From the IMG/VR virus record IMGVR_UViG_2695421015_000002: DNA of 64,000 nt; one strand, written 5' to 3'. Shown in pieces: positions 48,766-57,407 of this stretch (position 1 is its first letter; each line of letters starts with the position of its first letter). The DNA is from a virus. Taxonomy: Duplodnaviria; Caudoviricetes. The position numbers and the translations under genes are program-made. Below the pieces are notes generated by a model. It saw nothing but the letters and a program-made list of their open reading frames with translations. It made no database searches and was not told the origin of the DNA.

Positions 48766-49206
48766 TTAAGCGCCGATGCCGCGGTGCGCCGCCTGGATGT
48801 GCTTCGAGATCGAGGCGTTGGTGATCTCCGCACCGCAAAAACACCGCGACCGGCCATCGGTGCGCTGGGTCGGCATCTGCATCTTCTCGTCCCACATTCG
48901 GTACTTCCAGGCCGTCCAGTCGCGCTGGTAGCGCCACAGCTCGAAATGCGCCTCGGTCTTGGCCCGCTCGATCTTCTTCCAGGCCTCCTCGAACTCAGCT
49001 CGCGCCTGCTCGAAGGTTGCTGCGGTTCCATGCGTCTGTTCGCTGATATCGCAGCCAGGGGTGAAGCCGCAGGACCAGCCCCACTGGTCCTCGTCGACCG
49101 GAACACCGGCTCGCATACCGATGTGTCCAACCCGGACATCGCCGTAATAGACGTTCCAGCCCTTACGATTCCGGTCGTTGTCAGGTCTGCGGGTGAGGGC
49201 GGTCAC
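48766..49206 (-). CDS. Hypothetical protein
   Basis: GTG start; WGWSCGF...GTAATFEQARAEFE. Confidence 0.65.
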   Translation of the reverse strand: MTALTRRPDNDRNRKGWNVYYGDVRVGHIGMRAGVPVDEDQWGWSCGFTPGCDISEQTHGTAATFEQARAEFEEAWKKIERAKTEAHFELWRYQRDWTAWKYRMWDEKMQMPTQRTDGRSRCFCGAEITNASISKHIQAAHRGIGA

Positions 49207-49294
49207 GTCAGAAAAAGTACCACAAATTTCTGACAGACGGGAGGGCGCTTCGCGCCCAGAATCCCCACGTAACGGGGCGGGCCGGCGAGGGGGT

Positions 49295-49461
49295 ATGTCA
49301 GCGTGGACGACATGGGGGGTATGTCAAGCTGGACGACATAGGATGTCAAAGAGGCCGACATACGTATGTCAAGCTGGCCGACATACCTATGTCAAACAGG
49401 CCGACATGAAGAACCGTATATATCTAGAACCCAAACTATAACCCATACCCAGAACCCAAGA
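49295..49461 (+). repeat. Second iteron array plus AT-rich tract homologous to the initiator-internal origin
   Basis: ATGTC-N9-GACAT at 49295, 49321, 49343, 49366 and 49389, followed by GAAGAACCGTATATATCTAGAACC. Confidence 0.8.
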
Positions 49462-49679
49462 GTCTACCCCTCGCTGCCGCGGCGGGTGTCCGGCCGTCTC
49501 GGTTCCCGAATTTTGCATTCCATTTGCCTGGGCTTGACGAAATGCCGGGGTCAGTGTACAGGATGGGTAGATTAGCATTCGTGCAAATGCAAAGATCATC
49601 CGTTCGCCCCAACCCTGGAACAGCCGGGTCCAACCCAGCTGAGCCAGGGGAGGCGGCCTACCCACCCGGAGCAAACCCC

Positions 49680-50054
49680 ATGATGGACGACCTGATGTTC
49701 GCTGTGGTGCTCGCGGGCAGAACCTTGAAGGTTCTCACGATGATCTTCGGCGGCATGGGCGTCATGGTCGGCTTCCTCTTGCTCTGGCGAGCGGGTGCCA
49801 TCGTGGCAGAAAAATGTCTCGGGCGCTTCGCGCCAGAAGAGAACACTTCCGAGCCGGCGGCGCCGCAGACCTTCATGGGCTCCACCTCTCAGGTGACAGT
49901 TCACGATTGGCAGCGCTGGTTCGCTTTGATCCCAGTCAAGATCGACGGCCGGCGCAAATGGCTGCGCTTCGTTGAGCGGAGGCTGTTCCACACCTACGAC
50001 TACCTTTGGCGCTGCGACGATCACTTCTGGCAGTACCGCGCCATCGTGAAATGA
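49680..50054 (+). CDS. Phage membrane protein
   Basis: N-terminal TM segment; WFALIPVKIDG..WL..VERR. Confidence 0.65.
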   Translation: MMDDLMFAVVLAGRTLKVLTMIFGGMGVMVGFLLLWRAGAIVAEKCLGRFAPEENTSEPAAPQTFMGSTSQVTVHDWQRWFALIPVKIDGRRKWLRFVERRLFHTYDYLWRCDDHFWQYRAIVK

Positions 50055-50126
50055 GATCGATTTACCCAGAGCCCGGCCTCACTCTTGAACGGGGGAGCCG
50101 GGTCACCCTTTCAAGCAATCGGAGTC

Positions 50127-50396
50127 ATGGGCGTGGCAGACGAGAAGCTTGTTGACCTCGCCGTCGAGGTCTTCAACGACGAACTGGATCACTGGCAAAG
50201 GATCGGGGCCCCTTATCCAGGCCAGATGTATCTGCGCCGGATGCCGCTGCTCCACGAGATCGGTCCGGCCGATTACATCCCGGCGGAAGACACTGGCGAG
50301 ATGCACTTGGTGCCGGACGTTTTCGTCCTCGACTTCCTCAAGTCGAAGGCTATGGCGCGCGTGATCGACGAGATCCAGAAGGCGATAGCGGCATGA
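50127..50396 (+). CDS. Phage hypothetical protein
   Basis: ORF in rightward operon; start uncertain. Confidence 0.5.
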   Translation: MGVADEKLVDLAVEVFNDELDHWQRIGAPYPGQMYLRRMPLLHEIGPADYIPAEDTGEMHLVPDVFVLDFLKSKAMARVIDEIQKAIAA

Positions 50397-50405
50397 TCGG
50401 GATGC

Positions 50406-50663
50406 ATGACCAGGCCTGACCCGATCTCGACATCGCCGCTCGCCAAGCAAGCCTTCGACATCATCCAGCATCTCGACAAGCTCGTCGGGCCCGCCGAGGC
50501 CCAGATGTGGATGCTGCGCGGCAACGAGCTGCTCGGCGGCGACAACCCTGTCGCTGCCATCAAGGATCGCCGGCTGCCTGACGTGCGCAAGGCCGTTCGC
50601 GCAGTCGCCATGGAAAAGGGGCTCTTCGCAGAGCCGTTCCTTCCGCCAAGCCAAAGGAAATAG
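50406..50663 (+). CDS. Xre/MbcA/ParS antitoxin C-terminal domain-like protein (DUF2384-like)
   Basis: G..EAQMWM...NELLGGDNP pattern. Confidence 0.6.
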   Translation: MTRPDPISTSPLAKQAFDIIQHLDKLVGPAEAQMWMLRGNELLGGDNPVAAIKDRRLPDVRKAVRAVAMEKGLFAEPFLPPSQRK

Positions 50664-50666
50664 CTC

Positions 50667-50849
50667 ATGCGAGCCTACCCGTTTTTTGCGGTGCTGTACT
50701 TCGGCGCCGTGCTCACCGCGCTTGCCGCGTGGGTCACCCACGTCGTCGTCTGCATCAAGTCGGCCTCCTACCTGTTCCTGATCGCCGGAGCGATCCTGCC
50801 GCCGGTCGGCGTGATCCACGGATGGGGCGTGTGGCTGGGGGGCTGGTGA
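50667..50849 (+). CDS. Small membrane protein
   Basis: AWVTHVVVC...GAILPPVGVIHG. Confidence 0.65.
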   Translation: MRAYPFFAVLYFGAVLTALAAWVTHVVVCIKSASYLFLIAGAILPPVGVIHGWGVWLGGW

Positions 50850-50998
50850 TGAGCATCGTCTCTGCAATCATCATCGCCGCGGCGCTCTATTTCGGCCTGT
50901 CTGCGATCGGAGAGGCTATCGACAACGTGGCGGTCGGCATCGAGCAGTTCGGCATCTATCTCGCCTCCATCCTCTCAGAGGAAGAGGAGGTGGAGTGA
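50849..50998 (+). CDS. Small membrane protein
   Basis: TGATG overlap; hydrophobic N-terminus. Confidence 0.5.
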   Translation: MSIVSAIIIAAALYFGLSAIGEAIDNVAVGIEQFGIYLASILSEEEEVE

Positions 50999-51134
50999 TG
51001 CCGTTCCCGTTCTCAATCTTCCTGTTCAGCTACGTGATCTGGCAGGCGTCGATCGAGCAGGCCTTCGCTCTCACCCCAACCTCCATCTCTGCGCCCTGAC
51101 ATCTGTCGTCGGCCGGCGCTGACCAGAGTCAGTC

Positions 51135-51494
51135 ATGAATAAAAGCCGCAGGAAGTTGCCTGATCGCACCCTGCTGCCAAGCACCATCAAGATCGGCGTC
51201 TTCGAATACCAACTCCAACACTGGGATCCCGAAGAGGCCGACGAGAAGGAATGTCTCGGCCTGTGCGACCGCTTCAACTTCATCATCTACGTCCGCACCG
51301 ATCTTCCGGACTCGGCATTCGCTGAAACGCTTGAGCACGAGATCAACCATGCCTGCTGGCATGCCGCAGCGCTGAAGAGCAGGGCGGCTGAAGAGACGGT
51401 CGTGAACCGGTTGACGCCGGTCCTGATCATGGCTCGCCGCGACAATCGGGAAATCTATTCCTGGATCGACCGGGCCATCGCACAAAAGGAATGA
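51135..51494 (+). CDS. Small HExxH zincin-like protein
   Basis: ETLEHEINHA followed by EE. Confidence 0.7.
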   Translation: MNKSRRKLPDRTLLPSTIKIGVFEYQLQHWDPEEADEKECLGLCDRFNFIIYVRTDLPDSAFAETLEHEINHACWHAAALKSRAAEETVVNRLTPVLIMARRDNREIYSWIDRAIAQKE

Positions 51495-51760
51495 CCATGC
51501 TCAACGCGATGGTCGCTTCCACCAGGAAGCACGCCGAGGTGATGATCGCCTGGCTGAAACTAAACCCCAAAGAGTGGGAGCCGATCGCCTACGGGGATCC
51601 CGTAGCCAAGCTCTACTCCAACGCAAAACTGATCCGCCCGTGTATCGGTGTCGAACAGGAGCATGTCGACTGGGTGCTTGAAAAGCTCGTTCCCAATCTC
51701 TGCCTTGCTGTGTCGACGGTGCCGGCGCACTGGATGATCCCACAGAGAATGGTTTCCTGA
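51491..51760 (+). CDS. Phage hypothetical protein
   Basis: ATGA overlap; AAGGA RBS. Confidence 0.6.
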   Translation: MTMLNAMVASTRKHAEVMIAWLKLNPKEWEPIAYGDPVAKLYSNAKLIRPCIGVEQEHVDWVLEKLVPNLCLAVSTVPAHWMIPQRMVS

Positions 51761-51963
51761 TGAAGAATGTCCAGCCGACCAACAAGACGGTCAACAAGTC
51801 CTACAACCGGCCCTCCATGCGCCCGGCGCCATCCGTGACGCCCAAGCAGCACCAGCGCGACTGGAGCGATGGCGGGCACGTATCCTACGTCACCCGGGTC
51901 GACGAAGTCCTCCTGGAAGACAAGCACAGGAATCAGCGCCGGGCGAAAGCGGCCGGCCAATAA
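51760..51963 (+). CDS. Phage hypothetical protein
   Basis: TGATG overlap. Confidence 0.55.
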   Translation: MKNVQPTNKTVNKSYNRPSMRPAPSVTPKQHQRDWSDGGHVSYVTRVDEVLLEDKHRNQRRAKAAGQ

Positions 51964-52149
51964 CACTCATCCCCGGAGCTGAGTAACAGGGAGCGGCGGC
52001 GCAGTGATGCGATTTTCGCCGACCGACTGACGAGCCCGGCATGTGCGGGGGTTTCCCCTCCTTTACCCCGCACGCCCGAGAACAAATCAGATGGCGCCCA
52101 CCTTCTGCAAAACCTCGGGCTTTCAACACGCCAACCAGAGAAGAACCAA

Positions 52150-52413
52150 ATGAAACGTCTCGCTGAACTCCGTCAGCGGGCGCGATTTCGGTGGCATGCG
52201 TTCATCGCCGCTCTCTCCATCTCGATGCCGGTGCTGCTCACCCAGCTCCAGGTCGTCGACCTGAAGCCGATCATCCAGCGATTCGGCATCAGCCAGGAGG
52301 TCGCAGCGATCATCGTCGCGCTGATCCCGTTCTACATCGCGCTGCTGAAGCCCATGGTCCACTTCGAGGACCAAAACGACTGTAAGGAACAGACCTCTAG
52401 TGGACAGCCTTAA
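52150..52413 (+). CDS. Holin-like 2-TM membrane protein
   Basis: Two hydrophobic segments; 87 aa; late region. Confidence 0.5.
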   Translation: MKRLAELRQRARFRWHAFIAALSISMPVLLTQLQVVDLKPIIQRFGISQEVAAIIVALIPFYIALLKPMVHFEDQNDCKEQTSSGQP

Positions 52414-53440
52414 TGCTACCGCGCTGGCCAACGGAATGATGTTTGGCGCTGCGGCGGCAACGCAGGTCCTCACCGACCCTCAATACGCAGCTCTCTATCA
52501 GCAACACTGCGGCATCATTACCACCGACATCGCGCTCAAGTGGAGCACGGTGCGTCCGACCGCCGACTTCGTCCCGAACTGGGGGCCGGCTGATCAGCTG
52601 ATCGCGTGGGCTGAGACCAACGGCATCATGGTCAAGGGCCATAACCTGGCCTGGAACGAGTACAATCCGGCCTGGCTATGGTCGTCGAACAGCACAGGCC
52701 CCGATTACGGCGTCTTGAATGTCGCAGTCCAGGACGCTCAGCGCTACTTCGATCAGCACGTCACCGAAACGGTCGGTCGATATGCCGGACGAATCCCCGT
52801 TTGGGACGTCGTCAATGAACCGATTGAGCCGGCTCACGGACGCGCCGACCTTATGCGTTCCAAGACGTGGATGAAGGTCTTTGGACCCGACTACGTCGAA
52901 CGTGCATTCCGTCGAGCGCACGCTGCTGACAGCGATGCCAAGCTGTTCATGAATGAACAGGTACTTGATCGTATGGGTTGCGAGAAGAACCGGATCGCGT
53001 TCCTCGCCCTGGTCGATCGTCTGCTCGGTCGAGGCGTCCCCATCCACGGTATTGGCTTCGAAAGCCACCTCACGCTCTGGGCCGGTGTCACCCACGAAGG
53101 TGTCATGTGGCTCCTCGAAGAGTTGCGGAAGCGTGGCCTCGAAGTCCATATCTCCGAACTCGATATCGCCCCGCTTGGGGGCAGCAACACGGCATTACCA
53201 GTCGCCACGACAGACACTACGCTGATCGATACTCGTGTCGCCGAAACAACCCGCTCCTACCTCAAAGACGTTCTGTCGTTCCCTAACGTCAAAGCCGTCA
53301 TTACCTGGGAACTCGCGGACAAATACTCCTGGCTCATCGCACAAGGTCAGAAGCGGCCCTTGCCCTTCGACGACAACTACCAGCCGAAGTCGATGGCCGC
53401 TGAGATCGAGCGGGCTTTCCAGAACCGGAGAGCCGGTTAA
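52400..53440 (+). CDS. Glycoside hydrolase family 10 (endo-xylanase-like)
   Basis: LKW, KGHNLAW, WDVVNEP (acid/base), GIGFESH, HISELD (nucleophile). Confidence 0.88.
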   Translation: MDSLNATALANGMMFGAAAATQVLTDPQYAALYQQHCGIITTDIALKWSTVRPTADFVPNWGPADQLIAWAETNGIMVKGHNLAWNEYNPAWLWSSNSTGPDYGVLNVAVQDAQRYFDQHVTETVGRYAGRIPVWDVVNEPIEPAHGRADLMRSKTWMKVFGPDYVERAFRRAHAADSDAKLFMNEQVLDRMGCEKNRIAFLALVDRLLGRGVPIHGIGFESHLTLWAGVTHEGVMWLLEELRKRGLEVHISELDIAPLGGSNTALPVATTDTTLIDTRVAETTRSYLKDVLSFPNVKAVITWELADKYSWLIAQGQKRPLPFDDNYQPKSMAAEIERAFQNRRAG

Positions 53441-53594
53441 TTCGTCGGTGCCAGCCGATCGTCACCTGAAGACATAGGGGTGGCTGGTTAAATGGGGCCA
53501 TGCGCCAAGCCGAGCGCTCACGGACTGTGAGCACAGCCCGTCACCGATCTGCGTGACGGGCACCAATTCAACAAACAACAACAGGAAAAACCCA

Positions 53595-53885
53595 ATGGCT
53601 CTCGCCACTCCCGCCGGAACCCCGATCCCTCTCGCCGCGATGGACACCGATCGTCCAGGCTCGCCGGCTGCTATCGAGGATCTCGCCATGGGCGGAAATC
53701 AGAACCCCGCAGCGTCTACGAACGGTGTTCCTCTCCCGATCTCCGATCGCGGAACGGCTGACAGCGTGAACCCCGGTGCTTATGCAGCGGCCCGCGCTCG
53801 CCGTGGAATGCATTCGGTCGGTGCGCCGGCTGCTGGCCCTCGCGGCGGCAAGCTGGACACGGTCGGTCCGATCTCATCCAAGTAA
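53595..53885 (+). CDS. Low-complexity phage protein
   Basis: AGGA RBS before ATG 53595. Confidence 0.55.
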   Translation: MALATPAGTPIPLAAMDTDRPGSPAAIEDLAMGGNQNPAASTNGVPLPISDRGTADSVNPGAYAAARARRGMHSVGAPAAGPRGGKLDTVGPISSK

Positions 53886-53901
53886 CCCGAGGCCCCAAAT
53901 C

Positions 53902-53976
53902 GCCAGGGTAGCTCAATGGTAGAGCAGCGGAATCATAAATCGCAGGTCGTTGGTTCAACTCCTCCCCCTGGCACCA
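53902..53976 (+). tRNA. tRNA with CAT anticodon (Met/Ile2), T-stem degenerate
   Basis: GCCAGGG/CCCTGGC acceptor, TAGCTCAATGGTAGAGC D-arm, GGTTCAA, encoded CCA. Confidence 0.75.
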
Positions 53977-54069
53977 CCAAAGCCGAAAGGCGCACGCAAA
54001 CCCCCACAAGGCGTCCCGACGACTGGTCACTCCGTCGCGTGAAGAAATCGGGCTGGGGAACAAATTCAT

Positions 54070-54145
54070 GCATCGGAGTCCTCCGGCGTAGGCGCCCGGT
54101 CTCCAAAACTGTGGTGCGAGGTTTCGAGTACCTCCTCCGGTGCCA
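54070..54145 (+). tRNA. tRNA-Trp(CCA)-like, atypical or degenerate
   Basis: GCATCGG/CCGGTGC acceptor, CTCCAAA anticodon loop, GAGGT-TTCGAGT-ACCTC T-arm; weak D-arm. Confidence 0.55.
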
Positions 54146-54160
54146 ACAGAAAGTCCCGTC

Positions 54161-54574
54161 ATGCTCTTCAGTCTACTTTCGCTCATCCCGGGCCTGGCAT
54201 CGGGATTTCTGAGCTGGCTCAACACCAAGACCAACGCCGACCTTGAGAAGTTCAAGGCGCAGGTCGGTGCCGACACCTCGATCAACCTGGCCGACCTTCA
54301 GGCCAAGGTCGAGGTCGCCAAGCTCGTCGCCGCCAACCGCAACGCTGACCGCGACCACTGGTTCACTGCCTGGATGGTGCCCGTAGCCTTCGCCGTCTTC
54401 CTGTCCCACGCAGCCGCTGTCGTCTTCGACTCGATGCCGCTGTTCGGACACGCGATCGGCAGCTGGGGCGTTGCTGCGCTGCCGGGCATGTACGCCAACA
54501 TGCAGAACAACATCATCCTGACCGTCTGCGGCGTCTGCGGCGTGTCGGTAATCGGGAAAATCTTCTCGAAATGA
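54161..54574 (+). CDS. Holin-like membrane protein (3 TM)
   Basis: Hydrophobic N-terminus, coiled linker and two C-terminal TM segments. Confidence 0.55.
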   Translation: MLFSLLSLIPGLASGFLSWLNTKTNADLEKFKAQVGADTSINLADLQAKVEVAKLVAANRNADRDHWFTAWMVPVAFAVFLSHAAAVVFDSMPLFGHAIGSWGVAALPGMYANMQNNIILTVCGVCGVSVIGKIFSK

Positions 54575-54906
54575 AAACCATCACCGACAGCACACCTGTC
54601 TCTGAGATCATGCAGGCATCACGTCCAATCGTGGTGAAGTTCGAGGCCAAGTGGTGCGCGCCATGCAAGGCGATGACGCCGCTGCTCCTCGACATCGAGC
54701 AGCAGCTCGGCGACAAGGTCGGATTCTATTCGGCCAACGTCGACCACTGCATGCTGATCGCCCAGCGCTACAAGGTTAATCAGATCCCGGCCCTGTTGGT
54801 GATCGACAAAGGCGCTGTGACCGCGATGCGGACCGGCGCCGCGTCCAAGGCCGAGTTACTGCAATGGATCAAACAGGCGATCCCCGAGTTTGGGGATCAG
54901 GCGTAA
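54571..54906 (+). CDS. Thioredoxin
   Basis: WCAPCK active site and IP motif. Confidence 0.9.
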   Translation: MKTITDSTPVSEIMQASRPIVVKFEAKWCAPCKAMTPLLLDIEQQLGDKVGFYSANVDHCMLIAQRYKVNQIPALLVIDKGAVTAMRTGAASKAELLQWIKQAIPEFGDQA

Positions 54907-55124
54907 TCGGGTTCACGGTCGACTTCGACACGATGAACATCATCTACGAGGGCGGTTTCCACGCACCGATCGTCGAAATGTACGATCGCTTCGAAATGGA
55001 AACCGACGACCCGAATGAAGCCGAGATGCTGCTCGTCGCTTTCCCGCCGGACGGATTGATAGCGTGCATCCTGGTCGAGAATCTCTACGACCGGGCAGTC
55101 TCAATCCCCGAACACCCACATTAG
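54864..55124 (+). CDS. Acidic hypothetical protein
   Basis: Fills the gap between thioredoxin and TerS; start uncertain. Confidence 0.45.
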   Translation: MDQTGDPRVWGSGVIGFTVDFDTMNIIYEGGFHAPIVEMYDRFEMETDDPNEAEMLLVAFPPDGLIACILVENLYDRAVSIPEHPH

Positions 55125-55158
55125 CCCTCAAGGGCTCAGTCCCAAAAAGAAGAAGAAC

Positions 55159-55704
55159 ATGACTGATCTCCCGAAACGTCGCCGCGGGCGGCCGACGAAG
55201 GAGGAGGCTGCCGCACGCGAGGCCGCAGCCAAAGCCGTCGCCGAGAAGGAAGCAGAGGAGGGGGCGTTCCTCGACGAACTTCTTTCCCGCCCCATTGGGC
55301 TTCGCAGGACGAAACTCCAACCTGATGAGGATACGCTTCGTGCTCTGGCTGAAATCGCACGTCTTTTCGGCACACAAGAAGAGGCAGCCGCAATCCTCGG
55401 CGTAAGCCCTCGAACCATCTCCAACTTCTTCAACGACTATCCCGAGACCCGAGAGGTCTGGGAAGACGGTTTGATGCACGCGAAGGTCTCCCTTCGCCGC
55501 AAGCAGTTGGCGCTGGCCGACAAGAACGCGCCCGCCGCGATCTTCCTCGGAAAGAACTACCTCGCCCAGAAGGACGAGAACCACACCAACCTCAATGTCC
55601 GCAAGGAAGCGACGGAGATGTCCGAAGCCGAGCTGCTTGAACTCGCCAGCCGAGCCAAGAAGCCAGCCAAGCAGGACGATGAGAAGAAACAAAGCGTCCA
55701 CTGA
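55159..55704 (+). CDS. Terminase small subunit-like protein
   Basis: AT-hook KRRRGRP, HTH TQEEAAAILGVS, AIFLGKNYLAQKD. Confidence 0.7.
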   Translation: MTDLPKRRRGRPTKEEAAAREAAAKAVAEKEAEEGAFLDELLSRPIGLRRTKLQPDEDTLRALAEIARLFGTQEEAAAILGVSPRTISNFFNDYPETREVWEDGLMHAKVSLRRKQLALADKNAPAAIFLGKNYLAQKDENHTNLNVRKEATEMSEAELLELASRAKKPAKQDDEKKQSVH

Positions 55705-55706
55705 CC

Positions 55707-56696
55707 ATGTACCACCGACGTCCATCACACGTGTCGGCGGATGGACGTCGACAACGCCGCGAACTCCTGGAGCGACGTCAGAGACCGGCTGACGACAGTT
55801 TCTCCCCGAGCATCGCGACGCCACCGGAAGAAGAGCCGGCTGATTTTCCCGAGCGGGAAGATCTGGCCGAAAAGGTCGAGCCATCGGTACCCGATTTACC
55901 GATCGGAAAACCTGTGCCCGCCGAGCCGGCGCTTCCTCCACCAAAGCCCACGAAAGACGACCCGCGACCACCGAGTCTGGTCGCACCAAAGGAGATGACT
56001 ATGCCATTTGTTCCCAATCAACCGACCGTCGTGATCGTCGGTGCCGACAAGGGCGGCGTCGGCAAGACCACGCTGTCTCGAGTTATCCTCGACTACTTCG
56101 CCGCGCAGGGCATGACCACCCGCGCGTTCGACACCGAAAGCCCGAAGGGCGACCTGATCCGCTTCTTCCCATCGATCACCGAGGTCGTGAACCTTCGTGA
56201 CTCGGACGACCAGGTGAAGGTGTTCGACTCCATCAGCAACGCCTCGATCACCCTGATCGACATCCGCGCCGGTCTTCTGACCGAGACGCTGAACCTGCTG
56301 AGCGAGATCGGCTTCCTCGACATGGTCAAGGAAGGCAAGGTCAACACCGCGGTCATGCACGTGATCGGCTCGACGCTGGCCTCGTTCGGCGAGATCGAGC
56401 AGACCTCGCAGATCCTGACCGGCGCGAAGCACTGCATCGTGCTCAACCGCAACAACTCGGCCGAGTTCTTCAAGGGCATCGACGATGTTGCCCGCCAGGC
56501 GCTCAGCCTCGGCACCTCTGTGATCGATGTTCCGATGCTCGATCCGCGTGCCATGGAGCACGTCGATTCGGCTTCCGTGCCGTTCGGCGATTTCGAGAAG
56601 GATCCCAAGTACTCCTTCGTGATGCGCGGCAAGGTCCGGCACTGGGAGAAGCAGGTCTTCACCCAGCTCGACGCGGCCCAGTTCAACATCCACTAA
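55707..56696 (+). CDS. ParA/MinD-like P-loop ATPase (start may be near 56001)
   Basis: Deviant Walker A KGGVGKTT, FDTE, LIDIRAG. Confidence 0.75.
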   Translation: MYHRRPSHVSADGRRQRRELLERRQRPADDSFSPSIATPPEEEPADFPEREDLAEKVEPSVPDLPIGKPVPAEPALPPPKPTKDDPRPPSLVAPKEMTMPFVPNQPTVVIVGADKGGVGKTTLSRVILDYFAAQGMTTRAFDTESPKGDLIRFFPSITEVVNLRDSDDQVKVFDSISNASITLIDIRAGLLTETLNLLSEIGFLDMVKEGKVNTAVMHVIGSTLASFGEIEQTSQILTGAKHCIVLNRNNSAEFFKGIDDVARQALSLGTSVIDVPMLDPRAMEHVDSASVPFGDFEKDPKYSFVMRGKVRHWEKQVFTQLDAAQFNIH

Positions 56697-56717
56697 CCAA
56701 ACAACCGAGGTGCTGCA

Positions 56718-57311
56718 GTGTCTTTTGCAGATGAGTTCAACGTTCGGCAGATGCTGCAGCAGCTCTTCGAATCCCACCAGCGTCACAGCCTGATGGGACA
56801 TGATCGCCTGACGGCGATCGAAAACCACCTCAACCAACTGAAGGAACTATTCATGGCTCTCACCCCCGAAGTCCAGGCTCTTGTCGACCAGGACGCACTG
56901 CTCAAGTCGTCCGTGGATTCGATGAAGGCGAAGCTGGACCAGGTGTCGGCCCAGGTCTCCGATCTGCAGGCGAAGCTGGACGCTGCTCCGGCCGCCGGTA
57001 TCTCGGCTGAAGACCTGGCCGCCATCAAGTCGGTTACCTCCGACATCTCCGCGACTGTCGCGGAAGCACAGGCTGCGGTTGCCCCGCCCGCCGCGCCGGC
57101 TCCTGCTGCCCCGGTTGCCGATGCTCCGGCTCCGGCTGCCGATGCTCCGGTTGCTGACGCCCCGGCGCCCGCCGCCGATGCGCCTGCTGCCGACGCGCCT
57201 GCTGCCGACGCTCCGGCTCCGGCCGCGGATGCTCCCGCTGCCCCGGCTGCGGATGCGCCCGCTGCTGACGCTCCGGCTGCTCCGGCCGCCGACGCGCCCG
57301 CCGCGCAGTAA
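56718..57311 (+). CDS. Coiled-coil protein with an Ala-Asp-Ala-Pro repeat tail
   Basis: GAGG RBS, heptad region, (A/P)ADAP repeats. Confidence 0.7.
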   Translation: MSFADEFNVRQMLQQLFESHQRHSLMGHDRLTAIENHLNQLKELFMALTPEVQALVDQDALLKSSVDSMKAKLDQVSAQVSDLQAKLDAAPAAGISAEDLAAIKSVTSDISATVAEAQAAVAPPAAPAPAAPVADAPAPAADAPVADAPAPAADAPAADAPAADAPAPAADAPAAPAADAPAADAPAAPAADAPAAQ

Positions 57312-57322
57312 GCGATGCTTAC

Positions 57323-57354
57323 GGACCCCCATCAAAAGGTGGGGGTCTTTTTCT
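57323..57354 (+). terminator. Rho-independent terminator
   Basis: GACCCCC-loop-GGGGGTC followed by a T tract. Confidence 0.7.
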
Positions 57355-57407
57355 TCGTTTGAGGCCCATCCCTCCCAACAAAAACAAAGAACAGGAACAA
57401 GGCCAAA

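Noticed and set aside
49295-49407. Possible mini-CRISPR array
   Set aside because: Units are 19 bp with 3-7 bp gaps, there are no unique spacers or cas genes, and they match the initiator iterons
49178-49441. 87-aa ORF resembling the middle of the initiator protein
   Set aside because: The similarity comes only from the iteron DNA; it has no HTH or C-terminal domain and overlaps an opposite-strand gene start
52026-52125. Hammerhead ribozyme suggested by CTGACGAG
   Set aside because: The required GAAA after stem II is absent (TTTC follows the candidate stem)
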